Position numbers and translations under genes: made by a program
From: an uncultured Bacilli bacterium
Lineage (GTDB): Bacteria > Bacillota_I > Bacilli_A > RF39 > UBA660
NCBI GenBank assembly: GCA_934131175.1
Contig: CAKOZD010000001.1
Span: 32,928 to 96,927, forward strand
Reading direction: 5' to 3'
Length of the DNA stretch: 64,000 nt
Shown here: one piece after another, positions 21,110 to 29,217 of the stretch
Numbering within the stretch: position 1 is the stretch's first letter
Layout of the letters: every line of letters starts with the position of its first letter
Notes under the pieces: model-generated
What the model was told of the DNA's origin: nothing
The model's input: the letters and a program-made list of their open reading frames with translations, nothing else
Databases searched by the model: none

Positions 21110-21679
21110 TCACCTATTCTTACGATTATACTTACTCATTAAATCACCAAAAGGAAGTTCAAAATAATCATCAAGAACATTAAATAATTCTTTATATAAA
21201 CTTACAAAAATTGTCTTTTCTTCACTTGAAAATGAACCTAATACATAATCTTTAGTATCAACATTACTATTCTTTGAAATACCTATCTTAAGTCGTTTAT
21301 AATTAGAACTTCCAATTTTATTTTCAATATCTCTTAATCCATTATGTCCACCACAAGAACCATTAGCTTTTAATTTAAAGTTACCAACTTTTAAATCTAA
21401 ATCATCACTAACTACTAGAATATCAGCAATATCTATTTTAAAATAATCAACAATTTTTCTAACACTATTACCAGACAAATTCATATATGTTTGTGGTTTT
21501 AAAAATAATACTTTTTCTCCGTCTATATTTGTTTGTAAAAATAACCCATCAAACTTATTTGACCAAGATACAGTTATTTTTCTATATGATAAATAGCTAT
21601 CTACAAATGAAAAGCCTACATTATGTCTTGTATTTTCATATTCTTTTCCAGGATTACCTAACCCTACTATTAACTTCAT
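21110..21679 (-). CDS. pth: Peptidyl-tRNA hydrolase
   Basis: MKLIVGLGNPGKEYENTRHNVGF start and GHNGLRDI motif. Confidence 0.92.
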   Translation of the reverse strand: MKLIVGLGNPGKEYENTRHNVGFSFVDSYLSYRKITVSWSNKFDGLFLQTNIDGEKVLFLKPQTYMNLSGNSVRKIVDYFKIDIADILVVSDDLDLKVGNFKLKANGSCGGHNGLRDIENKIGSSNYKRLKIGISKNSNVDTKDYVLGSFSSEEKTIFVSLYKELFNVLDDYFELPFGDLMSKYNRKNR

Positions 21680-21683
21680 AAAA

Positions 21684-22526
21684 TCACTTCCTATTATGAT
21701 ATTCAGAATATATTACTGACTTAGCAACATTTCTCTCTTTTGCAACTGTCTTAATTGCATCTTTCTCACTCATACCATCATCTACATATAATTTAACATG
21801 TTCAAAAACATCCAAATTACTAAAATCTTGTGCTTCTTTATTACCTTCAACAACTAACACAAACTCACCTTTCATTGAATCAACTAAAGGAATAAGTTCA
21901 CTAATTTTCCCACGAGTTATCTCTTCATGAATCTTAGATAATTCTCTACATATAGCTATGTTTCTATCTCCAAAGACATTTAACATATTTTCTAGTGTCT
22001 TTTTTAATCTATGTACTGATTCATAAAAAATAATTGTATAACTTAAACTTTTAAGACCATTTAATTCATTAACCTGTTTTGAACTCTTAGCATTTAAAAA
22101 TCCATAAAATAAAAATGGTGAAGGTTCAATACCAGATGAAGAAATTGCTGGAACAAAAGCTGTTGCTCCAGGTAAACTAATTACATTAAACCCAGCATTA
22201 ATAACTCCTCTTGCAACTATATATCCAGGATCACTAATTATAGGAGAACCTTGATCTGTAACAAGTCCTAAGTTATAACCAGCTTGAAGTTTAGAAACAA
22301 CATAATCAATCATTTTATCTTCATTATATTCATGACAACTAACTAACTTTTTCTTTATATTATAATTTTTTAATAAAATACCTGTATCGCGAGTATCTTC
22401 ACAAAGAACTTCATCAACACTCTCTAAAGTTTTTAAGGCTCTCACTGTTATATCATCAAGATTACCAATGGGAGTTGGAATTAAATAAAGACTTGCACTA
22501 TCATCATAACTTTTCTGTATCATCAT
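21684..22526 (-). CDS. rsmI: 16S rRNA (cytidine1402-2'-O)-methyltransferase
   Basis: LYLIPTPIGNLDDIT motif. Tetrapyrrole-methylase fold. Confidence 0.85.
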   Translation of the reverse strand: MMIQKSYDDSASLYLIPTPIGNLDDITVRALKTLESVDEVLCEDTRDTGILLKNYNIKKKLVSCHEYNEDKMIDYVVSKLQAGYNLGLVTDQGSPIISDPGYIVARGVINAGFNVISLPGATAFVPAISSSGIEPSPFLFYGFLNAKSSKQVNELNGLKSLSYTIIFYESVHRLKKTLENMLNVFGDRNIAICRELSKIHEEITRGKISELIPLVDSMKGEFVLVVEGNKEAQDFSNLDVFEHVKLYVDDGMSEKDAIKTVAKERNVAKSVIYSEYHNRK

Positions 22527-23247
22527 TTATTACCTCCTGTAATTTTTTATATTCTTCTGTATCATTACCTTCTAAATCATGAAGAATTAGGGGTTTATCA
22601 ACAACAAGACCACATTTTCCAGCCTTTTGTCCCTCAATCAATACGAGAGTAGAATTAGAATTAATATCATTATATATAAATTTAATTTTCTTTGGCTCTA
22701 TATTATTTTTCTTAAAACAATCGATTATTTCAATCAATCTATCACTTCTATGAACCATGCAAAAAGTACCATTATCCTTTAATACTCTTTTAGCACAATC
22801 AACAACTCCATTTAAATCAATTAATACTTCATGTCTCGCTATCATTTTCTCATAACTTAAATTTTTAATACTTTTTTCTTCATTTTTAAAGTAAGGTGGA
22901 TTACATAAAACTAAATCAAAAGAGTTACAATTATTATCAGAAAATTCTTTTATATCGGAATTAACAATTTCAATACAATCACTTAACTTATTTTGAATAA
23001 TGCTCTTTTTTGCTAAATCACATAACTTTTTCTGTATTTCCACTCCAATTATTTGACTTTTAGTTCTTCGAGACATGATTAATGGTACAATAGCATTTCC
23101 TGTACAAAAATCAACTATTTTTTTATCTCTTAAACGAATTGTAGAGAAATTAGCTAAAATTATACTGTCTAATGAAAAAGAAAAAAAATCAGTATTCTGA
23201 TAAATTTTCATATTTTTATATCCTAAAACATCATTTATAATTTCCAT
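22504..23247 (-). CDS. SAM-dependent methyltransferase, YabB/TrmN6-like (tRNA m6A37)
   Basis: NPPY(F) motif LCNPPYF and SAM-binding DFCTGNAIV. Syntenic with B. subtilis yabB. Confidence 0.7.
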   Translation of the reverse strand: MEIINDVLGYKNMKIYQNTDFFSFSLDSIILANFSTIRLRDKKIVDFCTGNAIVPLIMSRRTKSQIIGVEIQKKLCDLAKKSIIQNKLSDCIEIVNSDIKEFSDNNCNSFDLVLCNPPYFKNEEKSIKNLSYEKMIARHEVLIDLNGVVDCAKRVLKDNGTFCMVHRSDRLIEIIDCFKKNNIEPKKIKFIYNDINSNSTLVLIEGQKAGKCGLVVDKPLILHDLEGNDTEEYKKLQEVINDDTEKL

Positions 23248-24037
23248 TTTTATTATTATCTCCAGATATTTTTATTATTCCTTTTTCTTTTAAATCCACA
23301 GAATATGTATTATTAAAAACATCAATTGAAACAACTTTACCAGTTCCTTGAGGTGTTTCAACATTATGTCCAACTTTTGGTAAATTTTTCTTTAAATCTG
23401 TATAAATATCGTTTTCATAAGCAAGACAACATAACAATCTTCCACAAATACCATTTATTTTACTAGGATTTAAAGCCAACATTTGATTTTTTGCCATATT
23501 AATTGAAACACTATTAAAATCAGTTAAAAACGAATTACAACAAAGCATCAAACCACAAGGACCTATTCCGCCAATTTTTTTTGATTTATCTCTTACACCA
23601 ATTTGTCTAAGTTCTATTCTAGTTTTATATTTTTGAGCTAATTTTTTAGCCAATTCTCTAAAATCAACTCTATTATCAGACAAAAAAGATAAAATAAGTT
23701 GAGAATTATCAAAGTTCATATAAGAATCAATAAAATTCATATCAAGTTCTAATTCCTGACTAATTTTTTTAGCATCTATTAAAGACTTTTCGGAAATAAC
23801 ACGATTTTTTTCTATTTTCTTTTTATCTTCATCTTCTACAATTCGACTTACATTAAACAATGGCAATACTAAATTTTCTTCTTTTTCCTCATATTTTTCT
23901 TTTAAAATACACCCAGAAAAAAGACCATTATCTGTTTCAAAAATGATATTATCTCCAGTATTTAATTCTAATGAATTAGGAGATAAATAATAAACAATTT
24001 TAGTTTCTGGAACAATTGCAACAACTACTTCTACCAT
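23231..24037 (-). CDS. ricT: PSP1-domain protein RicT/YaaT
   Basis: 268 aa. Cys-rich PSP1 C-terminal region (GPCGLMLCC...GICGRLLCCLAYE). Syntenic with yaaT next to holB. Confidence 0.8.
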   Translation of the reverse strand: MVEVVVAIVPETKIVYYLSPNSLELNTGDNIIFETDNGLFSGCILKEKYEEKEENLVLPLFNVSRIVEDEDKKKIEKNRVISEKSLIDAKKISQELELDMNFIDSYMNFDNSQLILSFLSDNRVDFRELAKKLAQKYKTRIELRQIGVRDKSKKIGGIGPCGLMLCCNSFLTDFNSVSINMAKNQMLALNPSKINGICGRLLCCLAYENDIYTDLKKNLPKVGHNVETPQGTGKVVSIDVFNNTYSVDLKEKGIIKISGDNNKNGNYK

Positions 24038-24039
24038 AT

Positions 24040-24882
24040 CTAACCTCCAATTAGCCTACAAAACAAACCATCTAACCATAATTTATAATTAACATTAAAA
24101 GAAAGTTTTTGTATTTCTTCTTCAATTACAGAAATAATATATATTAATTTTTCTTCAGACTTATTTTTAAATAAATATTTCAAATCTTCATTAAAATTAA
24201 CATTAAGTGATAAAGAATTTAAATAGTTTATTATTATATTTTCTGAATCAGTTAACATCTCTTTAGCAATATTTTTATCAGGAATAATATTATTAAATAT
24301 ATTCTTATAGTTAATAAAAAAATTATTAGGATTTAAAACACAATCTAAAAAATCTGCAAATTCATCACTATTAGAAAAATTAAATTCATTTTCTTTTAAA
24401 GATAAAATCTGACATCTAGATAGAATTGTATCTAAAACATGATATCTATTATCAGTTAATAATATAGCAATTATTCCATCCTCAGGTTCTTCCAAAAATT
24501 TTAATATTGTATTAGCGGACGATGCATTTAATTTTTCTGCTTCTTTTATTATATAGAATCTTTTATCACTATATAATGATTTATTACTATATTCCTTTTG
24601 TAAATCAATCATCTGACTCTTCTTTATTATACTAGTATCACTAGAAATAACTCTAATATCAGGATAATTATTATTATCAATCAAATTAATAATTTTATTA
24701 GAAGTATTTTGCAACTCATCATAAGATAAATTACATATTATCATTTTGATAAAATCAAAAACATACACTAAATCTTGATCATAATTATCAACTTCAATTA
24801 AATAAGCATGAGATACCTTTTTATTTTTTATAATTTCATCAATATAATGAAGATAATTTTTTTTAATTAATGATTCCGACAT
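24040..24882 (-). CDS. holB: DNA polymerase III delta-prime subunit
   Basis: 280 aa. HAYLI motif and AAA-like clamp-loader fold. Synteny. Confidence 0.8.
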   Translation of the reverse strand: MSESLIKKNYLHYIDEIIKNKKVSHAYLIEVDNYDQDLVYVFDFIKMIICNLSYDELQNTSNKIINLIDNNNYPDIRVISSDTSIIKKSQMIDLQKEYSNKSLYSDKRFYIIKEAEKLNASSANTILKFLEEPEDGIIAILLTDNRYHVLDTILSRCQILSLKENEFNFSNSDEFADFLDCVLNPNNFFINYKNIFNNIIPDKNIAKEMLTDSENIIINYLNSLSLNVNFNEDLKYLFKNKSEEKLIYIISVIEEEIQKLSFNVNYKLWLDGLFCRLIGG

Positions 24883-24891
24883 AGATACCTC

Positions 24892-25089
24892 CTAAATAAA
24901 TAATTTAAATAAAACAATAAAAATAACTCCTAAAGTTCCAAAAATACTTATAAATAATATATTAATAAGATTAATAGGAATAAAGACATTAAATTTCATT
25001 CCAATACAGTTAAAACTATATATAAATAATGAAGTAACAATAAGTTTAAATGTAATTTTCTTTAATAATCGAAATATATTAATCACCAT
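24892..25089 (-). CDS. bofA: BofA-like small membrane protein (pro-sigma-K processing inhibitor family)
   Basis: 65 aa with two TM helices. C-terminal FIPINLINILFISIFGTLGVIFIVLFKLFI aligns with the BofA C-terminus (VPINLVTTAISGILGIPGIAALVVIKQFI). Position after recR matches Bacillus. Confidence 0.45.
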   Translation of the reverse strand: MVINIFRLLKKITFKLIVTSLFIYSFNCIGMKFNVFIPINLINILFISIFGTLGVIFIVLFKLFI

Positions 25090-25114
25090 TATAAATTATG
25101 ATATTAAATTAAAT

Positions 25115-25711
25115 TTATTCAATTATTTTTCTATCGTTTAAGGCTCTTTCTAAAGTAAGACTATCTACATATTCAATATCTGCACCTATAGGTACCCCAC
25201 TAGCTAGTCTTGTAACTTTAATATCAAGCCCATCTAAAACTTTTTTTATATACAATGATGTTGTTTCTCCTTCAATACTAGGTTTAAAAGCAAATATAAT
25301 CTCCTTAAATTTTTCTTTTTCAATCCTATTTAAAAGTTTATCAATTCCTATATCTTCTGGATTAATACCATCAAGTGGAGAAATCAATCCATCAAGGACA
25401 TGATACTTCCCATTAAACATACCTAATTTTTCAAATAAGAAAACACTTTTACAATCATCGACAACACATAACACATTACTATCACGTGTATCATCAGAAC
25501 AAATATAACAAAGTTCATCTTCTGTTAATGTATTACAGTTTTCACATTTATGAATCTTATTTTTTACATCATTCAAACACTCAGAAAATAACTCTACTTG
25601 CTCCTCTTCTAAATCCAACACAGAAAAGGCCAATCTCTCAGCCGTTTTCTCACCAATACCAGGCAAATATTTAAAAGATTCTATTAAACTTTTAATACTC
25701 TCTGGATACAT
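25115..25711 (-). CDS. recR: Recombination protein RecR
   Basis: HhH (LPGIGEKTAERLAF), C4 zinc finger (CENCNTLTEDELCYIC), and Toprim domain. Confidence 0.93.
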   Translation of the reverse strand: MYPESIKSLIESFKYLPGIGEKTAERLAFSVLDLEEEQVELFSECLNDVKNKIHKCENCNTLTEDELCYICSDDTRDSNVLCVVDDCKSVFLFEKLGMFNGKYHVLDGLISPLDGINPEDIGIDKLLNRIEKEKFKEIIFAFKPSIEGETTSLYIKKVLDGLDIKVTRLASGVPIGADIEYVDSLTLERALNDRKIIE

Positions 25712-25719
25712 ATTAATTC

Positions 25720-26016
25720 CTAAAATAAACCTGGAATATTACCAAATTTACCCATCTTTGATTCAGTCATTTTATCTATTTTTTTATTAGCATCATTGAT
25801 TGCTAAAACTAAACTATCTTGTAACATTTCAATATCATCTTTGTCTAATGAATCTTCAAAATCAATTTCAACTTTAACTGCTTCTCTTGTACCTTTCATA
25901 GTTACTTTAACCATTGAACTTTCTCCAACAAATTCAGTTTCATCTATTTCATTCTTAATTTTCATCATATCTTTTTGTAAAGCTTGTGCTTGCTTTAACA
26001 TTGCTTGCATATTCAT
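25720..26016 (-). CDS. ybaB: Nucleoid-associated protein YbaB/EbfC
   Basis: 98 aa. MLKQAQALQKDM...KMGKFGNIPGLF signature. Confidence 0.92.
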   Translation of the reverse strand: MNMQAMLKQAQALQKDMMKIKNEIDETEFVGESSMVKVTMKGTREAVKVEIDFEDSLDKDDIEMLQDSLVLAINDANKKIDKMTESKMGKFGNIPGLF

Positions 26017-26034
26017 ATATTCATTTCTCCTTTT

Positions 26035-27786
26035 CTAATCAACTTCTACAATATCGCCAAATAGGCTTACTGCACTACTTGTTATTATATCATCATTCTT
26101 TAATTCTTCATAGACTGCTTTTGGTTCTTCCTCAACCTCATATTTAATTCCATTTCGTAAATTATTAATATATTCTTGTTTAACTTTTTCCCAATAATCA
26201 TCAGAAATAATAGCAATTTTCTTATTTGAATTAGTAATTTTATTATATACATCCTCTATTTTATCAATTATATATAAATTTTGTTTAACATTAGAATCAT
26301 ATTCATAACTAATTATTATTGCATCTGAACTAACAGCTCTTAATTTTCCATCTAAAATTCCACAAACAACATATCCTATTTCTTGATCAAAACTATAATC
26401 TCTTAAAACCTCAAAATTATTCATTTCTAATCTTAACAAATTTTTATTAGCAAGGGCTAATGTATTATTAACTCTCACTTTCATTATGTCATCAATATTT
26501 ATAATTTTAGGATTTTTAGTATCAATATTTTCTTCTGTTATTTCTTCTTTGTTGTAACTTATTTCAACATTGCTATCTTTCATAGATTGTTTTTCTTCAA
26601 CCACATTATTATCATACTTATTATTTTCTACTACATTATCATTATTAATACTTTCTTCCTTAACTGGAACTTCATTATTATTAGTTAAAGAAACATTCTT
26701 GTTTATCTCTTTTACAAAATTACTTTTTTCCACAACTTCTGTTTTCAAATTAACATAATCATTTATAAATTTAAGTAAAAGCATTTCAATATATATTTTA
26801 GTATTACCACTTTTCTTTATATCAAACATCTTTTCATTCAAAATATTTACAAAATTTTGCACAATATCTATGGAAAAAGTATATTCTTTATTTGAAATAT
26901 AATAATTAACCACAATATCTCTTGAAAAATTAATTAATTGAGACATAATTTGAATTAAATTTTTACCTGAATCATTAAATTTAGCTATTGAAGTTAAAAC
27001 ATTAGGTATATTTCCAGATAAAATATCTGAAAGAAAAACATCCATATCTTTACTAGATATTACACCATTTACTTCATTAAAATCATCCATGGTAATTTTA
27101 TTTTCTGTATAAGAAACAAGTTTATCCAAAGACCCCAATGCATCCCTTAATCCACCATCAGATAATAGAGCAATATTTTCTAAAACATCTTCTTCTACAT
27201 CAATATTTTCACTAGAACAAACATACTTTAATCTATCAACAATAGCTTTGTCCGATATTCTTTTAAAAGAAAAACATTGACATCTAGATATAATTGTCTC
27301 TGGTACCTTTTGAGGATCAGTTGTTGCTAAAATAAAAATAGCATGTTCTGGAGGTTCCTCTAATGTCTTTAATAAAGCGTTAAATGCACCTATAGAAAGC
27401 ATATGAACTTCATCAATTATATAAACTTTATATTTCAATTCACTAGGAACTAATGAAATTTTATTTTTTAAATCTCTAATTTCATCAACTCCATTATTAG
27501 AAGCTGCATCTATTTCTATAATATCAACACAATCTTTTGAAAAAGAAACTTTACATGCAGAGCATTCTTCACACGCAATTCCATCCTTTGAATTTAAACA
27601 ATTAATATTTCTTGCAAATATTTTAGAAACTGTTGTCTTTCCTGTACCTCTAGGCCCAAAAAACATATAAGCATGTGAAAAATTATGATTTTTTATTGAA
27701 TTTTTTAAAGTTTTAATTATAGAATCTTGACCAACTACAGAATTAAAATCAACCGGTCTATATTTTCTATATAAAGCATGATACAT
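26035..27786 (-). CDS. dnaX: DNA polymerase III subunits gamma/tau
   Basis: Start taken at MYHALYRKYRP. Walker A GPRGTGKTT. Zn module CEECSAC. Confidence 0.92.
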   Translation of the reverse strand: MYHALYRKYRPVDFNSVVGQDSIIKTLKNSIKNHNFSHAYMFFGPRGTGKTTVSKIFARNINCLNSKDGIACEECSACKVSFSKDCVDIIEIDAASNNGVDEIRDLKNKISLVPSELKYKVYIIDEVHMLSIGAFNALLKTLEEPPEHAIFILATTDPQKVPETIISRCQCFSFKRISDKAIVDRLKYVCSSENIDVEEDVLENIALLSDGGLRDALGSLDKLVSYTENKITMDDFNEVNGVISSKDMDVFLSDILSGNIPNVLTSIAKFNDSGKNLIQIMSQLINFSRDIVVNYYISNKEYTFSIDIVQNFVNILNEKMFDIKKSGNTKIYIEMLLLKFINDYVNLKTEVVEKSNFVKEINKNVSLTNNNEVPVKEESINNDNVVENNKYDNNVVEEKQSMKDSNVEISYNKEEITEENIDTKNPKIINIDDIMKVRVNNTLALANKNLLRLEMNNFEVLRDYSFDQEIGYVVCGILDGKLRAVSSDAIIISYEYDSNVKQNLYIIDKIEDVYNKITNSNKKIAIISDDYWEKVKQEYINNLRNGIKYEVEEEPKAVYEELKNDDIITSSAVSLFGDIVEVD

Positions 27787-27839
27787 AAAGATTCCTCCAA
27801 TCAAGTAGTATTATAACATAAAAAAAAGCAAAGATTTCA

Positions 27840-28286
27840 TTATTTTCTTTGCTTTTTAAAAAAATTGCTTAAAATTTCCTTAGATTTTTCAACACCCAAA
27901 TTTGTAGTAAAATTTACCACAGAATTTGTGGAATCTTTTTTAAAAATTAAATTTAAAATATCAAAATTTTTCGTATATGAATTTTCACATGCGGAAAAAA
28001 CATTTTTTATTCTAGCCTGTTTGATAGCACTAGCACACATTGGGCATGGATCTAATGTAACATATATATCACAATTATCTAATCTCCAATTTTTTAACTT
28101 TTTAGATGCTTGATTTATTGCAATCAATTCAGCATGAGCTAAAACTGATTGTTTTTCTTCCTTTACATTATATCCAACACCTATTATTTCATTATCTTTA
28201 ACAATAACTGCTCCTATTGGTACTTCTCCATGCGCAAAAGCTGTTTCAGCATATTCAAAAGCCAAATTTAAATATTTTAAATCCAT
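27840..28286 (-). CDS. tadA: tRNA-specific adenosine deaminase
   Basis: HAELIAI and PCPMC zinc-binding deaminase motifs. 148 aa. Confidence 0.88.
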   Translation of the reverse strand: MDLKYLNLAFEYAETAFAHGEVPIGAVIVKDNEIIGVGYNVKEEKQSVLAHAELIAINQASKKLKNWRLDNCDIYVTLDPCPMCASAIKQARIKNVFSACENSYTKNFDILNLIFKKDSTNSVVNFTTNLGVEKSKEILSNFFKKQRK

Positions 28287-28296
28287 TTAATTCCTC

Positions 28297-28386
28297 CAAA
28301 ATAAAAAGTGCACATGAAAGGAGGATCTTAAGGCTGCTATTTTCCAATCCTGACCTGTTTCAATCACTTTCATTGCACGAATACAT
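28297..28386 (-). ncRNA. ffs: Signal recognition particle RNA (small 4.5S-type)
   Basis: Minus strand reads ...GUGCAAUGAAAGUGAUUGAAACAGGUCAGGAUUGGAAAAUAGCAGCCUUAAGAUCCUCCUUUCAUGUGCAC. It contains the universally conserved domain IV elements CAGGUCAGG, a GGAA tetraloop and AGCAGCC. 5' and 3' ends pair (GUGCAAUGAAAG / CUUUCAUGUGCAC). It overlaps the listed 60-aa ORF 28287..28469, which is therefore spurious. Confidence 0.78.
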
Positions 28387-28642
28387 TGTATTATAAACTT
28401 AATAAAAAGTAAATGTTTTTTTTCTTTTTTTATAAGATAGCTGTAAAAATCTGTTATATTTCTGAACATTTTAAGTTAATTTAAAATTTTTATCTCTATA
28501 TATAACAAAAACTGTGATTTTTTTATTTTGCAATTTTTAGGTGTTAAAAGTCTTTGCATTTTTATACTTTTTGTGTTGATATTTACTTTCAATCTTCTTT
28601 ATAATCACATAATATATTAGAATATTAACTTTTGCTGTGGAA

Positions 28643-28662
28643 AATGTTTCACGTGAAACATT
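28643..28662. promoter_or_regulatory. parS: parS site 1 (perfect 16-bp TGTTTCACGTGAAACA within a 20-bp palindrome); preceded by DnaA-box-like TGTGGAAAA (28636..28644)
   Basis: aatgtttcacgtgaaacatt is a perfect palindrome matching the ParB/Spo0J parS consensus TGTTNCACGTGAAACA. Confidence 0.72.
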
Positions 28663-28821
28663 AAAAAATTAAATTTAATTAATACATAGTGCATATATTT
28701 GAATTAATAGTTTTGAAATAAATAAAAACAAAGAAAAGCGCTTATATTATACTCGAAAAAAGTTAATTAAACTTTTATATTTAATAAACATTAGTAACTT
28801 ATAAACTTAACCTGTGAATAG

Positions 28822-28841
28822 AATGTTTCACGTGAAACATT
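28822..28841. promoter_or_regulatory. parS: parS site 2 (perfect TGTTTCACGTGAAACA); preceded by DnaA-box-like TGTGAATAG (28813..28821)
   Basis: Identical 20-bp palindrome to site 1. Confidence 0.72.
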
Positions 28842-28948
28842 GAAAGTTGAAAAAAAAAACACATCTTAACATTAATAAAATATCTACTATATTAATAAAG
28901 ATTTATATAATTTAATCTATCATTTATAAACTTTTATTGTGGAAAAAA

Positions 28949-28964
28949 GTTTCACGTGAAACTA
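28949..28964. promoter_or_regulatory. parS: parS site 3 (variant AGTTTCACGTGAAACT, 14/16 to consensus, still palindromic); preceded by TGTGGAAAA (28938..28946)
   Basis: 16-bp perfect palindrome agtttcacgtgaaact with the same 5' flank architecture as sites 1 and 2. Confidence 0.55.
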
Positions 28965-28996
28965 TTACAATATTTAACTTTTTCTGTGAATAAAAT

Positions 28997-29010
28997 ATTT
29001 CCTGGGAAAT
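28997..29010. promoter_or_regulatory. Noc-binding-site-like palindrome ATTTCCTGGGAAAT (13/14 to NBS consensus); preceded by TGTGAATAA (28985..28993)
   Basis: Matches the NBS consensus ATTTCCCGGGAAAT except for C7T. Same flank unit as the parS copies. Confidence 0.45.
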
Positions 29011-29174
29011 AATTTTAAAATTTACATATTTTTACAAATAAATAACTAAATTTTATTAAATAAATGAATAAAAATTAAAAAATGCATTCTCGTAAATTTA
29101 GATTATATATTATTCATCTATTAATTCTTAAATTTATTAGAATGCATTTTGCAAATTGTTAATATTTCCCAAAT

Positions 29175-29190
29175 TATTTCCCGGGAAATA
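29175..29190. promoter_or_regulatory. Noc-binding site (perfect 16-mer TATTTCCCGGGAAATA inside a 24-bp palindrome, 29171..29194), with an extra half-site ATATTTCCC at 29163..29170
   Basis: Perfect match to the published B. subtilis NBS consensus. Lies 25 nt downstream of the gyrA stop. Confidence 0.6.
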
Positions 29191-29217
29191 ATTTTAATTG
29201 TTGAAAAAAAGAAGAGA

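Noticed and set aside
28287-28469. 60-aa ORF on the minus strand between tadA and the intergenic region
   Set aside because: Fully overlaps the SRP RNA gene (conserved domain IV sequence) on the same strand. No RBS. Its coding potential is an artefact of the ncRNA.
28643-28662. Considered whether the CACGTG-centred palindromes were CcpA cre sites, CRP/Fnr-like sites, or rho-independent terminators
   Set aside because: The arm orientation does not match cre (TGAAA-GCGC-TTTCA versus TGTTTCAC-GTGAAACA). The hairpins have no loop and no U-tract. The sequence is an exact match to the parS consensus, and a cognate ParB is encoded in the window.
29171-29194. 24-bp palindrome just after gyrA, considered as a possible gyrA terminator
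   Set aside because: AT-rich stem with no following U-run on the gyrA strand. Exact match to the Noc-binding site consensus instead.
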